Positions 47,224 to 57,345 are shown, numbered from the stretch's first letter. The stretch: DNA of 64,000 bases from an uncultured Clostridia bacterium (GCA_937915775.1 CALGGQ010000352.1:343-64342); one strand, 5' to 3'. The notes: generated by a model from the sequence alone, not told the origin. Numbers and translations are program-made.

Positions 47224-50200
47224 ATGGAAAAAAACTATAAAATAATAATTTCAAACCGAAACATTTATAAAGAAATAGAACTGCCCGCACAGAGCAAGGA
47301 ATTTCATATTGGCACCAATATTGGATGTAATTATAGATTGCATAAAAGCCTTTTTTTTGAACCAATTGAACTAACATTAATTAATAACAATGGTAATTGG
47401 TCTATGCTTTGCTCCGATAGCATTTATTTAACTATAGATGATAGCCGCAAACTTATATCTACGCAATTAACGCACGGAAGCATATGTAAAGTTAAATATC
47501 AAAGTAGTGATAATGCAGTATTTGATTTTGAGTTCCTGATAGATTTTGATGATCATGAACGAAGATACGAGAGATACATAGATATATCAAATAGCAATGA
47601 ATTGAAAATCGGATCAAATACAGTAAGTCAAATTCATCTAAAAAGTCCGTATGTAATAGATGATGACATTATTTTACGTAAGTCAAATGATGAAGAATTT
47701 AGACTTCTTGTAAATAGTTCCACATATGGTGTTTATCATAATGGTGCTAAGGTATCAAAAGAATGTATCATAAAAAACAGAGATTTCTTTTCAATATCTG
47801 ATTTTGTGTTTTACTTTCAAGACGGAATTCTCTGGACAGAAATTCGTGATGATATTAAGCTAAACAATATAAGTTTCGTTGATCAACCATACCCTGTCAA
47901 TTATCCAAAATTTAAAAGAAACACCAGACTAAAAACCATTCTAAACAAAGATAAAATTGAGGTTTTAGATCCACCAGCAAAGCCACAAAAGAACAAAAGC
48001 AATTTATTTGTTAGTTTATTGCCCTCTTTAGGTATGCTCTTGACATCAGGATTAATGGCGTCAATGGGTGGGAGTATGATAATTTTTAGTGTTGTGTCAG
48101 GAGGAATGGCAGTAATTACCGCTATCGTCAGCGCTATACAAAACAGTAAAGATTTTAAGAAAGAATCAAGAGAAAGAATTGAAAAGTATAAAAAATATGC
48201 AGATAATAAGCGAATTGAGATAACAGAATACAGGAATACTGAACGCCAAGAAAGAGAAAGTATCTATGTTGACCAAGCAAGTGAAGAAGCCCTACTCCAT
48301 CAGTATTCGTGTGAACTATTTGATCGTCAAATTGGTGATGATGATTTTCTAAATGTAAGATTAGGAACTGGTGGTATAAAACCAGCAAGAAAAATTGAAT
48401 ATAAACACCAAGAAAAATTAGAAGTAGATGATGAACTTCAAACCATACCGGAAAATATATCCAAAGAGTTTTCAATTCTTAATAATGCACCGGTTATCTG
48501 TGATTTAAAAGCATGTAATTCAATTGGAATAATTGGAAATGAGGATTTCCGATTTTCACTTTTGAAAAATATGATAATCGACCTATGCACTAGACATTAT
48601 CCTACTGATATTAAACTTTTTTTTATCGCTGAACAATTTCATAGGAATAAGGTAAATTGGTTGCGTTTTTTGCCAAATGTTTACAACGAAATAACTAATA
48701 CACGAAACATTGTATGTGATGATGACAGCCGAAATGTCGTTTTTGATTACTTGTTTAAGGAGTTGTCTCAAAGAACCCCTGAAACAGTTAATGAGCATTT
48801 GATTGTGTTCTTCTATGATGAATATGGTTTTCAATCGCATCCTATTTCAAAATTTATTGGTAAACTAAAAGAATTAAATGCAACTTTTGTGTTTATGGCA
48901 GAAGACAAAGGTGAAATACCTCAAGGTTGTTCATATATCATTAATATGAAATCAACAACGGACGGAACATTAATAAATTCGTCTGACCAAAAAGAAAGAA
49001 CGGATTTTCATTTTAATGAGATTAGTGATACAACTGCAAAACACATAGTTAATCTACTGGCACCTATATATACCGACGAAATTTCGCTTGAAGCATCTCT
49101 AACTAAGAACATATCAATGTTTGATATGTTAAACATATTATCAGTTGAAGATTTGGATTTAGAGCATAGATGGAGCAGTTCCACTGTTTCAAAGTCAATG
49201 GCTGCTCCAATTGGTGTTACGAAAACTGGCGTAATATCTTTGGATTTGCACGATAGAGCGCATGGCCCTCACGGTCTTGTAGCCGGAACGACAGGCTCTG
49301 GTAAATCTGAAGTTTTACAAACATTTATTTTGTCTGTAGCAACTTTATATCATCCCTATGAAATCGCTTTTGTTATTATCGATTTCAAGGGCGGCGGTAT
49401 GGTAAATCAATTCAAAGAACTACCACATTTATTGGGTTCTATTACAAATATTGATGGAAAGCAGATTGATCGTTCTTTAAAGTCCATAAAGGCAGAATTA
49501 AGGAAAAGGCAACAACTTTTTGCTGACGCTGATGTAAACCATATAAATAAATATATAAAAAAATACAAAGCCGGAGAGGTGAAAACACCGATTCCGCACC
49601 TTGTACTAATAGTGGACGAATTTGCGGAGTTGAAATCTGAACAACCAGAATTCATGAAAGAATTGATATCTGCAGCAAGAATCGGGCGAAGTCTTGGTGT
49701 GCACCTAATTCTTGCTACTCAAAAACCGTCAGGACAGGTTGATGAACAAATTTGGAGTAACTCCAAATTCAAGTTGTGTCTAAAAGTACAAAGCCCAGAG
49801 GACAGTAATGAGGTAATAAAATCTCCGCTGGCTGCTGAAATAAAAGAGCCAGGAAGAGCATATTTGCAGGTTGGCAATAATGAAGTTTTTGAACTTTTTC
49901 AATCTGCATATAGTGGCGCACCTGAATCTATTGAGGAAAGCTCAGTCAAAGAGTTTGTTATCAATGAGGTAAGTGATTCGGGTAAAAGGTATCCAATTTA
50001 TATTCAAAAAAAGAATAATACAAACTCAACCGGCATTACACAACTGGATGCAATAGTTGATTATGTGTCTGAATTCTGCGATAACAAAAAAATTTCAAGA
50101 TTGCCCAATATTTGCTTGCCTTCACTTCCAGAACGAATTAACTATCCAGATAGTGATAATTATAGTATCTCACAAGTTAATATAGGATTGTATGATGATC

Positions 50201-51717
50201 CAGATAATCAAATTCAAGGTTCGGCGTTTATTAACTTAAATAATAACACCTTAATTATTGGTTCGTCACAGACAGGAAAGACTAATTTGCTTCAAGGCAT
50301 GATTAGGACTTTATCTGCAAACACATCACCATTAGAAACAAATATATATATAATTGACTTTGGATCAATGGTACTGAAGAATTTTGAAACCTTAAAACAT
50401 GTGGGCGGTGTAGTATGCTCTGCTGAGGATGAAAAATTAAAAAATTTGTTTAAACTTCTGTTTGCCGAAATCAGCAGCAGAAAAGAAAAACTGGTTTCTT
50501 CAGGAGTAAGTTCATTTGCTTCATATCTTGAAGCAGGAAATGAGGATATGCCTCATATTTATCTCTTTGTAGATAATATTACAGCATTGATGGAACTTTA
50601 TTTAGAGGACGATGACAGCCTGCTCAACATTATACGAGAAGGCGTGTCTGTAGGTATAACTACAATTGTTGCAAATGCTCAAACGTCAGGAATTGGTTAC
50701 AAATATTTGTCCAATTTTTCAAATAAAATTGCTTTTTATTGTAACGATTCATCTGAATACATTAATGTGTTTGATCATGCTACAATTCATCCCGACAATG
50801 TTCAAGGTAGATGTGTGTTTGAAAGTGATAAACAGGTATTAGAATGTCAAACATATATTGCATTTGATGGTGAACGAGAAATTGAAAGAGTAAACCATAT
50901 GAAAACATTTATGTTAGATGTAAATGCAAAACATGGCGAAACTTGGGCAAAAGCTATCCCGTATATACCAACCATACTTGATATTAATGAAATGTGGAAC
51001 TATATTGACGGAAAAGCGAAAGCTTATAAAGTTCCTATAGGACTTACATATAGTGATGTTGAACCATTCTATCTAGATTTATCCCAGCTTGGAATAATGG
51101 GAATATGTGGCAAAGAAAATACCGGGCATCGAAATTTTGTTAAATTACTATTATCTTGGTTTGAGACACATAACACATTATTGCCAGTAAAAATCACAGT
51201 ATTTGATGATGTGGATAGGAAACTTGATTTTATCAAGTCAAATCCTTTAGTAGAAAAGTACACATTAGATACAAGTCTGGTTAAAGAAACACTGGAATCT
51301 TGGTATGACATCCTTGAAAAAAGGTATAACAATCTTCTTGAAGATGGCAATAGCGAAAATGATAGTGAATTATTGCTTATGATCGTTCAAAACAATGATG
51401 TAGCAAAATTCATTAACGATGATTTTGATCTGTTGGACAAGTTTAATGAAATCATGTCAAGATTCAAAGGCTTAAATGTAGCATTTTTATTTACTAATTT
51501 TGTTAATGCTTCATTGCCATTTGATGCACCGGAACCATTGCGCCAAATCAAGCAAGATCAACACATTATTTATTTTGAAGATTTGGATAATCTCAAACCG
51601 TTTGAAGTTCCGTATGAAGATATAAGAGCAAATCGTAAAAAGTTAGAATCCGGTGATGCCTATTATATTAGAGACAATATGGTAATCAAATTGAAATTAG
51701 TCAAATCCGAACATTAA
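47224..51717 (+). CDS. essC: Type VII secretion ATPase EssC
   Basis: N-terminal FHA-like region, two TMs, HGPHGLVAGTTGSGKSE, DFKGGG, DEFAEL, ARIGRSLG; second P-loop GSSQTGKT; degenerate third. Confidence 0.95.
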   Translation: MEKNYKIIISNRNIYKEIELPAQSKEFHIGTNIGCNYRLHKSLFFEPIELTLINNNGNWSMLCSDSIYLTIDDSRKLISTQLTHGSICKVKYQSSDNAVFDFEFLIDFDDHERRYERYIDISNSNELKIGSNTVSQIHLKSPYVIDDDIILRKSNDEEFRLLVNSSTYGVYHNGAKVSKECIIKNRDFFSISDFVFYFQDGILWTEIRDDIKLNNISFVDQPYPVNYPKFKRNTRLKTILNKDKIEVLDPPAKPQKNKSNLFVSLLPSLGMLLTSGLMASMGGSMIIFSVVSGGMAVITAIVSAIQNSKDFKKESRERIEKYKKYADNKRIEITEYRNTERQERESIYVDQASEEALLHQYSCELFDRQIGDDDFLNVRLGTGGIKPARKIEYKHQEKLEVDDELQTIPENISKEFSILNNAPVICDLKACNSIGIIGNEDFRFSLLKNMIIDLCTRHYPTDIKLFFIAEQFHRNKVNWLRFLPNVYNEITNTRNIVCDDDSRNVVFDYLFKELSQRTPETVNEHLIVFFYDEYGFQSHPISKFIGKLKELNATFVFMAEDKGEIPQGCSYIINMKSTTDGTLINSSDQKERTDFHFNEISDTTAKHIVNLLAPIYTDEISLEASLTKNISMFDMLNILSVEDLDLEHRWSSSTVSKSMAAPIGVTKTGVISLDLHDRAHGPHGLVAGTTGSGKSEVLQTFILSVATLYHPYEIAFVIIDFKGGGMVNQFKELPHLLGSITNIDGKQIDRSLKSIKAELRKRQQLFADADVNHINKYIKKYKAGEVKTPIPHLVLIVDEFAELKSEQPEFMKELISAARIGRSLGVHLILATQKPSGQVDEQIWSNSKFKLCLKVQSPEDSNEVIKSPLAAEIKEPGRAYLQVGNNEVFELFQSAYSGAPESIEESSVKEFVINEVSDSGKRYPIYIQKKNNTNSTGITQLDAIVDYVSEFCDNKKISRLPNICLPSLPERINYPDSDNYSISQVNIGLYDDPDNQIQGSAFINLNNNTLIIGSSQTGKTNLLQGMIRTLSANTSPLETNIYIIDFGSMVLKNFETLKHVGGVVCSAEDEKLKNLFKLLFAEISSRKEKLVSSGVSSFASYLEAGNEDMPHIYLFVDNITALMELYLEDDDSLLNIIREGVSVGITTIVANAQTSGIGYKYLSNFSNKIAFYCNDSSEYINVFDHATIHPDNVQGRCVFESDKQVLECQTYIAFDGEREIERVNHMKTFMLDVNAKHGETWAKAIPYIPTILDINEMWNYIDGKAKAYKVPIGLTYSDVEPFYLDLSQLGIMGICGKENTGHRNFVKLLLSWFETHNTLLPVKITVFDDVDRKLDFIKSNPLVEKYTLDTSLVKETLESWYDILEKRYNNLLEDGNSENDSELLLMIVQNNDVAKFINDDFDLLDKFNEIMSRFKGLNVAFLFTNFVNASLPFDAPEPLRQIKQDQHIIYFEDLDNLKPFEVPYEDIRANRKKLESGDAYYIRDNMVIKLKLVKSEH

Positions 51718-51774
51718 GGTTTTTAATCAGTAAAACTGGTTTAAAAATAATTTTAATAAAAGGAGGTGTAAAAA

Positions 51775-52068
51775 GTGGCTAATCAGATTAGAATGACTCC
51801 CGCAACAATGAGAACAAGAGCCAGCCAGACTGATAAGCAGGCAGAGGCAATGCAGAATCTTATTAATACTATGGATAGACTTCTGACCACTCTCAAAGGT
51901 GAATGGGAAGGCGATGCAATGAAGGGTTATGAAGATCGCTATAACAAGATTAAACCTTCATTTAAAAATGCAAAAGAGCTGTTGGACGAGATTGCCCATA
52001 ATCTTAGGGAAACAGCTAAGATTGTTGAAGAAACTGACAAGAACATCGCAAGTCAGTTCAGAAAGTAG
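51775..52068 (+). CDS. WXG100-family T7SS substrate (EsxA-like)
   Basis: 97 aa, QIRMTP start, central WEG; AAGGAGGTG RBS, GTG start. Confidence 0.95.
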   Translation: MANQIRMTPATMRTRASQTDKQAEAMQNLINTMDRLLTTLKGEWEGDAMKGYEDRYNKIKPSFKNAKELLDEIAHNLRETAKIVEETDKNIASQFRK

Positions 52069-52081
52069 TTTGCAAATGGAT

Positions 52082-52121
52082 TCGGCAGCAGAAGGCGGCT
52101 GCGGTGGCTTTCTGCTGTTGA
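52082..52121 (+). other. GC-rich stem-loop after the WXG100 gene
   Basis: tcggcagcagaagg...ctttctgctgttga; no U-tract. Confidence 0.55.
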
Positions 52122-52173
52122 TGAAGTTGCATATTGGTTATTTTAATCATATTACGGAATGGGAGGTGCCGTT

Positions 52174-52758
52174 ATGACTAAGCAAGAGGTTAATAACAAT
52201 ATTCGATACAATGAAAATTTGGTTCGGCAATATGAAAACACAATAAGTAGATTAAACGGGCAAATTAACACTCTCAATAGCGAAATACGGCAGGTTAACT
52301 CGCAGATAAGCCAGCTAAACACTAAAAAGAACAACCTTAACAATCAAATTAAGGAATTAAACCAATTAAAAACAAAATACCAAAAACTACAAACGAGTTT
52401 TTCAAACCGACAGAACGCACGTCTTCGTAAATTCACAGCTAATTTTTCTCGTAATTTTAATGCAAAGTTTGTCGCTTCATATGTTAGCGGAATGAAATCT
52501 TTGTTATCTGGAAACGAGTATAAGAAAGCATATAACGGGTTGACATCAGCTATCAACACGATTTCAAATAAAATTAAAGCTCTGCAAAAAGATGTGGATT
52601 CACTCCAAAAAGATATAAACTCTAAAAATAAAAGTATAGAATCTAAACGGAGAAGCATTTCTTCATATCAGAGTCAGCTTTCAACTGCGAGGAGTAACTT
52701 ATCATATCGCAGACAGAGAATTACATATTGGAAAAACCAATTAAAATATGCAACATAA
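52174..52758 (+). CDS. Coiled-coil T7SS-associated protein
   Basis: GGGAGGTG RBS; heptad-rich helical sequence between WXG100 and effector genes. Confidence 0.75.
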   Translation: MTKQEVNNNIRYNENLVRQYENTISRLNGQINTLNSEIRQVNSQISQLNTKKNNLNNQIKELNQLKTKYQKLQTSFSNRQNARLRKFTANFSRNFNAKFVASYVSGMKSLLSGNEYKKAYNGLTSAINTISNKIKALQKDVDSLQKDINSKNKSIESKRRSISSYQSQLSTARSNLSYRRQRITYWKNQLKYAT

Positions 52759-52776
52759 TTAGGGAGGAAAAACAGT

Positions 52777-53064
52777 ATGGCAAGTAAAGATTTGATTGTT
52801 GATGATGATTATATTAATAGTATGGGCAATTATTTTTTGCAACAAGGTGAACATATTGACTCAATGATAAACAGTTATGTTTCAATAATGAGAACAACGA
52901 AAAACAAGGCTATAAGCTCAGGTGAAGTTTCAAAAGCCTTAGGAACATATATTACATATGCAAGCAAGATGAATAAACAAGTCGGGAAAATCTCAAAGAA
53001 CACAAAAAAACTGACAAAGAATTTTTTATCACGGATTGATGCTGAAGATAAATATCTGTTTTGA
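52777..53064 (+). CDS. Small helical WXG100-like effector partner
   Basis: 95 aa helix-turn-helix-type, central ISSG, F...ID..D..LF tail. Confidence 0.7.
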   Translation: MASKDLIVDDDYINSMGNYFLQQGEHIDSMINSYVSIMRTTKNKAISSGEVSKALGTYITYASKMNKQVGKISKNTKKLTKNFLSRIDAEDKYLF

Positions 53065-53073
53065 GGTGCTAAT

Positions 53074-53346
53074 ATGGCAGAAATAAATATAAAAATAAAA
53101 GAAATTGATAATGCTATACAAAGTCTTAAATCTTTACAAAAGGAATGCAACGGGTTTAAGACTACACCACCGTCAACAGTTGGTGGCGGCAAAACCGTGA
53201 GTGAGTTAGAAGAGTTGGCAAATGTTTATAAAAATATTAACAATGATTTTTCTCTTTTGCTATCAAATACAATTTCGTTTTTGCAAAATGTAAAAAACAG
53301 TTATGTTTCAAGCGACCAAAAGGCAGCAAATAAGATTTTAAAATAA
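53074..53346 (+). CDS. Small helical WXG100-like effector partner
   Basis: 90 aa, Y...D..AA tail resembling the T7SS YxxxD/E signal. Confidence 0.7.
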   Translation: MAEINIKIKEIDNAIQSLKSLQKECNGFKTTPPSTVGGGKTVSELEELANVYKNINNDFSLLLSNTISFLQNVKNSYVSSDQKAANKILK

Positions 53347-53405
53347 TAACTACAATGTTTATTCATAAATAGAATACAGGCAATTAGGAAGCGTGGTGTT
53401 GTGAA

Positions 53406-54902
53406 GTGTATAGGGATTTTTCAGCCAAATCAAAAAATCAGCTTCTAAGTTTAGTTTCTCAAGTTGAAAATGAAAAGGTATCGAACTTTACTGATTGGGT
53501 TGGTGATAGATGGCTCGATTTTCAATCGTGGATTGGGAAATTAAATATTAGAAACTATCTGAACAATGTTAATGAATATCACAAAAAGGTAATTGATAAA
53601 AACAATGCTACAAAGAAAAGCATCGAAAACATTTTTAAAAATGTTGCAAGTGTAGACTTAACATATAGCGCATATTTCAGTCAAACAAAGTCACTACTTG
53701 AGCAGTGGCAAATTTATATTAGAGAAATGGGCTATATTGTTAATCCTTCAAATGGGTGCTTTAATGCTGACTTTACGAAAAAAACTCTTAGCAAAAGATT
53801 AGCAACTGTTTCTGAATTAGAGTTAGATGAAAATGCATTAAAAACGAAAGAAGAATTAACAAAAGATGTACTAAAAAAAGAATCAAAATTATTTAGTGGA
53901 CTTGCTAAACTGGTAAAAAAAAGGGATAAATCTGCTTCTAATAATTTTGAACTTACCTCTTCTGCATTTTCTTATATTGCAGGATTATATACTTTTTATA
54001 CAGCTGATTATAAAGATACTAGTGATATTGTTTCCGGTAGCCTTAAACTTACAAAAGACTCTACAAAGATGTTCAGTGGTGTGTATAAACATCTCGAAGG
54101 GAATCTTCTTGCTAAAAACACAAGCGTAATCCAGGCGGCTAAGTTTGGAAAGAAGTTTGGCAAAGGTGTCGGCATAATATCTCTAATCGGGAATCTTGCA
54201 GGATTTGGCGGAGAATCAATTAATACCTTTAAAACGTTAGTTAACGAAGATGCGGAAGGATATGAAAAACTTACAAGTGTAATGAAAAGCACTTCTGCAG
54301 GTACCGATGTTGCAAAATCGGTGTTCACTCTTAAATGGGGACAAAAAGTCTTGACAAGGGGTGTTACTGCAAAGTACCAATGGGGAACAACAGCGAGTAA
54401 CGCTTCTAAGTTGAGCAAAGCAAATGCTATTGTTTCCGTCATTGGCGTTGGTGCAGATACAATTACTGGAATGGCCAATGCTTATGGTAAAGTTTCTGCA
54501 GATGGTGTAGTTGATTCGAGGGATTTTGGAGAGATTGGTATAAGAGGCTCGATAAAAGGTTTAACTTCTGTAGTTGGAAAACTGACATTTGGCATTACTG
54601 ATATTGCAGGATTACAAGACAAATCTGATAAAATAAGCGATAATGTTATTAACTATGTTGATACAAAAGGCGCTGATTTTGTTAAAAGACATGATTATTC
54701 ATCGCAATATGTCCAAAATGCTCAATTTTTAATGGATTATGCAGACGATACGGATAATAATATTGCGTTGAGAATAGGAGCTTCTGCAGTGGCTGGTACT
54801 GGTATGATAGGTGCTGTAATTATTGATGGAGTAGGAGATGGATGTAGTTGGGTTGGAAATAAAATTTCAAATGGTTGGAATACCGTTAAAAGTTGGTTTT
54901 AA
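53406..54902 (+). CDS. Putative T7SS effector (helical N-terminus, Gly-rich hydrophobic C-terminus)
   Basis: 498 aa after the small helical partners and before a DUF4176-like gene; GxxxG-rich segments. Confidence 0.7.
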   Translation: MYRDFSAKSKNQLLSLVSQVENEKVSNFTDWVGDRWLDFQSWIGKLNIRNYLNNVNEYHKKVIDKNNATKKSIENIFKNVASVDLTYSAYFSQTKSLLEQWQIYIREMGYIVNPSNGCFNADFTKKTLSKRLATVSELELDENALKTKEELTKDVLKKESKLFSGLAKLVKKRDKSASNNFELTSSAFSYIAGLYTFYTADYKDTSDIVSGSLKLTKDSTKMFSGVYKHLEGNLLAKNTSVIQAAKFGKKFGKGVGIISLIGNLAGFGGESINTFKTLVNEDAEGYEKLTSVMKSTSAGTDVAKSVFTLKWGQKVLTRGVTAKYQWGTTASNASKLSKANAIVSVIGVGADTITGMANAYGKVSADGVVDSRDFGEIGIRGSIKGLTSVVGKLTFGITDIAGLQDKSDKISDNVINYVDTKGADFVKRHDYSSQYVQNAQFLMDYADDTDNNIALRIGASAVAGTGMIGAVIIDGVGDGCSWVGNKISNGWNTVKSWF

Positions 54903-54937
54903 GCTATTATAATAAATAAGAGAAAGGGTTTATAAGT

Positions 54938-55222
54938 ATGTTTAATGAATTTTTACCTATTGGAAGCGTTGTCATTTTAAAAGGTGGAATCAAAAAATTA
55001 ATGATAACAGGTTACAAAGTCGCTACTGATAATGAACCAAATCATTACTATGATTACATCGCTGTTTTCTATCCGGAGGGCTTTATCGGTTCGGATAACG
55101 GAATGTTATTTAACCATAGTGATATTAATGATATTGTTTTTAAGGGGTACGATAATCCTGAACGGAAAGAGTTCATAAGCTTTTTAGATGATGCATATAA
55201 GGAAGAACAAAATAACGAGTAA
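54938..55222 (+). CDS. DUF4176-family protein
   Basis: LPIGSVVILKGG.KKLMITG...YDY...YPEG...FNHSDI..IVFKGY. Confidence 0.9.
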   Translation: MFNEFLPIGSVVILKGGIKKLMITGYKVATDNEPNHYYDYIAVFYPEGFIGSDNGMLFNHSDINDIVFKGYDNPERKEFISFLDDAYKEEQNNE

Positions 55223-55249
55223 TACCAAAATATTGCCACTGATTTACCT

Positions 55250-55290
55250 AAAAAAACAAGCAGATACATTTGTATCATGCTTGTTTTTTT
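55250..55290. terminator. Terminator ending the T7SS operon
   Basis: aaaaaaacaagcagatac...gtatcatgcttgttttttt. Confidence 0.8.
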
Positions 55291-55316
55291 AGTCGAACCA
55301 AATTTCAAGAAATCAC

Positions 55317-55369
55317 TTGACAAATGAGAGTAAGTATAATATAATCGTATCACAAGGAACACGGTGTTC
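55317..55369 (+). promoter_or_regulatory. Consensus sigma-A promoter of lexA with downstream palindrome
   Basis: TTGACA (55317) - 17 nt - TATAAT (55340); gaacac-g-gtgttc at 55357-55369. Confidence 0.85.
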
Positions 55370-55392
55370 GCTATCAGCGAGGAGTGAATTAA

Positions 55393-56022
55393 ATGGCAGC
55401 CAATAAGAAAAATGTGCTGAACCCACAATTATTGATAGATATAAAACAGTATATCAATGATTATTATACGGAAAACAATAAAACCCCTACTATTCGCACA
55501 ATAGCAGAGGCTATGAATATCGGCAGCACAACGGCACACAAATATGTAAATCGCCTGAAGGAAACTGGCGAAATTGAATATTCTGCAAATCGTCACGGTT
55601 CCGAAATAAAAACCGATTATATCAACAAAGTTACCGAGAATAACATTATGATCGGACTTGTCGGTTCTGTATCCTGTGGACCACTCACATTTGCGGAACA
55701 GAACATTACTGATTATTTTAGAATCCCTGCTTCTCTTGTCGGTAAAGGCGAATTTTATATGCTTGAAGCACACGGCAATTCAATGATTAACGCAGGAATT
55801 CATAACGGAGATTATGTAATTATTAGGAAACAAAACACTGCTGAAAACGGACAAATTGTAGTTGCTCTTGAAGATGACGAAACCACCCTTAAACGCTTTT
55901 ATAAGGACACAAAAAACAAGCGATTCCGGTTACACCCTGAAAATGATGAAATGAACGATATATATGTTGACGAAGTTATTATTCAAGGTATCGCCGTAGG
56001 AGTATATCATAAGTTTGAATAG
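55393..56022 (+). CDS. lexA: LexA-family repressor
   Basis: PTIRTIA wHTH, VSCG cleavage site, GNSM Ser and TLKR Lys. Confidence 0.9.
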   Translation: MAANKKNVLNPQLLIDIKQYINDYYTENNKTPTIRTIAEAMNIGSTTAHKYVNRLKETGEIEYSANRHGSEIKTDYINKVTENNIMIGLVGSVSCGPLTFAEQNITDYFRIPASLVGKGEFYMLEAHGNSMINAGIHNGDYVIIRKQNTAENGQIVVALEDDETTLKRFYKDTKNKRFRLHPENDEMNDIYVDEVIIQGIAVGVYHKFE

Positions 56023-56034
56023 AGATGATTTGAA

Positions 56035-56307
56035 ATGGAAACTGATTATTGGAATCAAGTATCTACCCCAAGACCTAACCCACCGAAACCAAAAATTGCA
56101 GTTAAAACAATCCTCTCTTGTAATGAACAAGGCATAATGACGCCTTTAGTAATCTTTTGGAAGGACGGAAGCAAGTTCAAGGTGGACGAGGTTGTGGATA
56201 TTAAGCCCCGTGGAATTAACACGATTCTTTACAAAGTCAAAATACACGGAAAACTAAAAGATTTATACTTTAACCAAAACAAATGGTATGTCGAGCAGAA
56301 AGGATAA
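56035..56307 (+). CDS. Hypothetical protein of the type found in clostridial SOS-mutagenesis cassettes
   Basis: G.MTPL.I.W.DG.KF.VDEV...Y...I.GK...LYF...KWYVE; follows lexA. Confidence 0.65.
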   Translation: METDYWNQVSTPRPNPPKPKIAVKTILSCNEQGIMTPLVIFWKDGSKFKVDEVVDIKPRGINTILYKVKIHGKLKDLYFNQNKWYVEQKG

Positions 56308-56503
56308 GTGATAAGAAAATAGAACGGTAATTTGAAATTTGTGAATGATAAAAAGTGTAAATATAGATGACAAGCGATATAGTGAATAGACAATAGCCTT
56401 TAAATTGCCGGAAATCAAATACGATTATGTATCAAATAGTGTAAATGCCGGTAATTGACTATTCAATTATCGGTCATTTTATTCTATAAATGCAGGAGGT
56501 TTT

Positions 56504-56692
56504 ATGAACAGACAAAAAGCAAGACTCGTCAGAACGCCAATTCATAAAATCCCTCTCGGAGAAACAATAAAAAAACCCGATGGTACTTATGCTCTCAGAG
56601 TTAAAAAGCCCAAAAGTAATGAATATGAAGAAGTACCAATGGATACTTTGATGTCCATTATGGTAAAAGAAGCCGAGAGAAGCGCACAGTAA
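56504..56692 (+). CDS. Small hypothetical protein
   Basis: AGGAGG RBS, 62 aa. Confidence 0.7.
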   Translation: MNRQKARLVRTPIHKIPLGETIKKPDGTYALRVKKPKSNEYEEVPMDTLMSIMVKEAERSAQ

Positions 56693-57138
56693 GACGTAAG
56701 CCGATATGAGCTGACGCAGTGCGCAAAACTAAAAATGTCGAAGTACGAGCGAAGCCAAATTGAGCAGCGCCGCCACAAACATGAACGCACCATATATTAG
56801 TAGTGCTGTGTTGTGACGGCGCTTTTTATTAAAACAATAATTCTGTCAACTTAAAAATCTATTGAATTTGTGTCTCTTTTTGTTATTTTTATCATATTTT
56901 TTGTATTTATTTGTTTAATGAAGACAAATATGATTATTCTTGTGGAAATACCAAAAGAACAGGCAACACACCATATTTAGCCTAATAATGAAGATAATCG
57001 TAAAATTATTACAATATACAGAAAGTTGTTTTTTCAAAGTTAAACAAAAATATGTTATTTATGCTAAAAATCTACAGATTTATTTATAAAAGTAACATAT
57101 AATATATTGAAAGGAATAGAGTCAAGAAAGGAGAAAAA

Positions 57139-57345
57139 ATGATTGTAAAAGATGTAAAAAATAATACTGTTTGTATGATAGAACCTGATACAGGAATAGT
57201 ATCACTAAAATATAAGGGACTTCAAGTGGATTTTGTACTGCCAATAGGCAGTACATATAGGGTTTTAAGAAACTCTACTGAAACAACAATATATCACAAA
57301 GGAGCCTCTGATTACAAAATAGAATCATCAATAAATAATAAATAA
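57139..57345 (+). CDS. Small hypothetical protein
   Basis: AAGGAG RBS, 68 aa, followed by hairpin plus T-run (57365-57409). Confidence 0.65.
   Translation: MIVKDVKNNTVCMIEPDTGIVSLKYKGLQVDFVLPIGSTYRVLRNSTETTIYHKGASDYKIESSINNK

Noticed and set aside
56786..56985. NrdR-box-like caccatat..tag motifs
   Set aside because: Weak match in AT-rich DNA and no ribonucleotide reductase gene nearby
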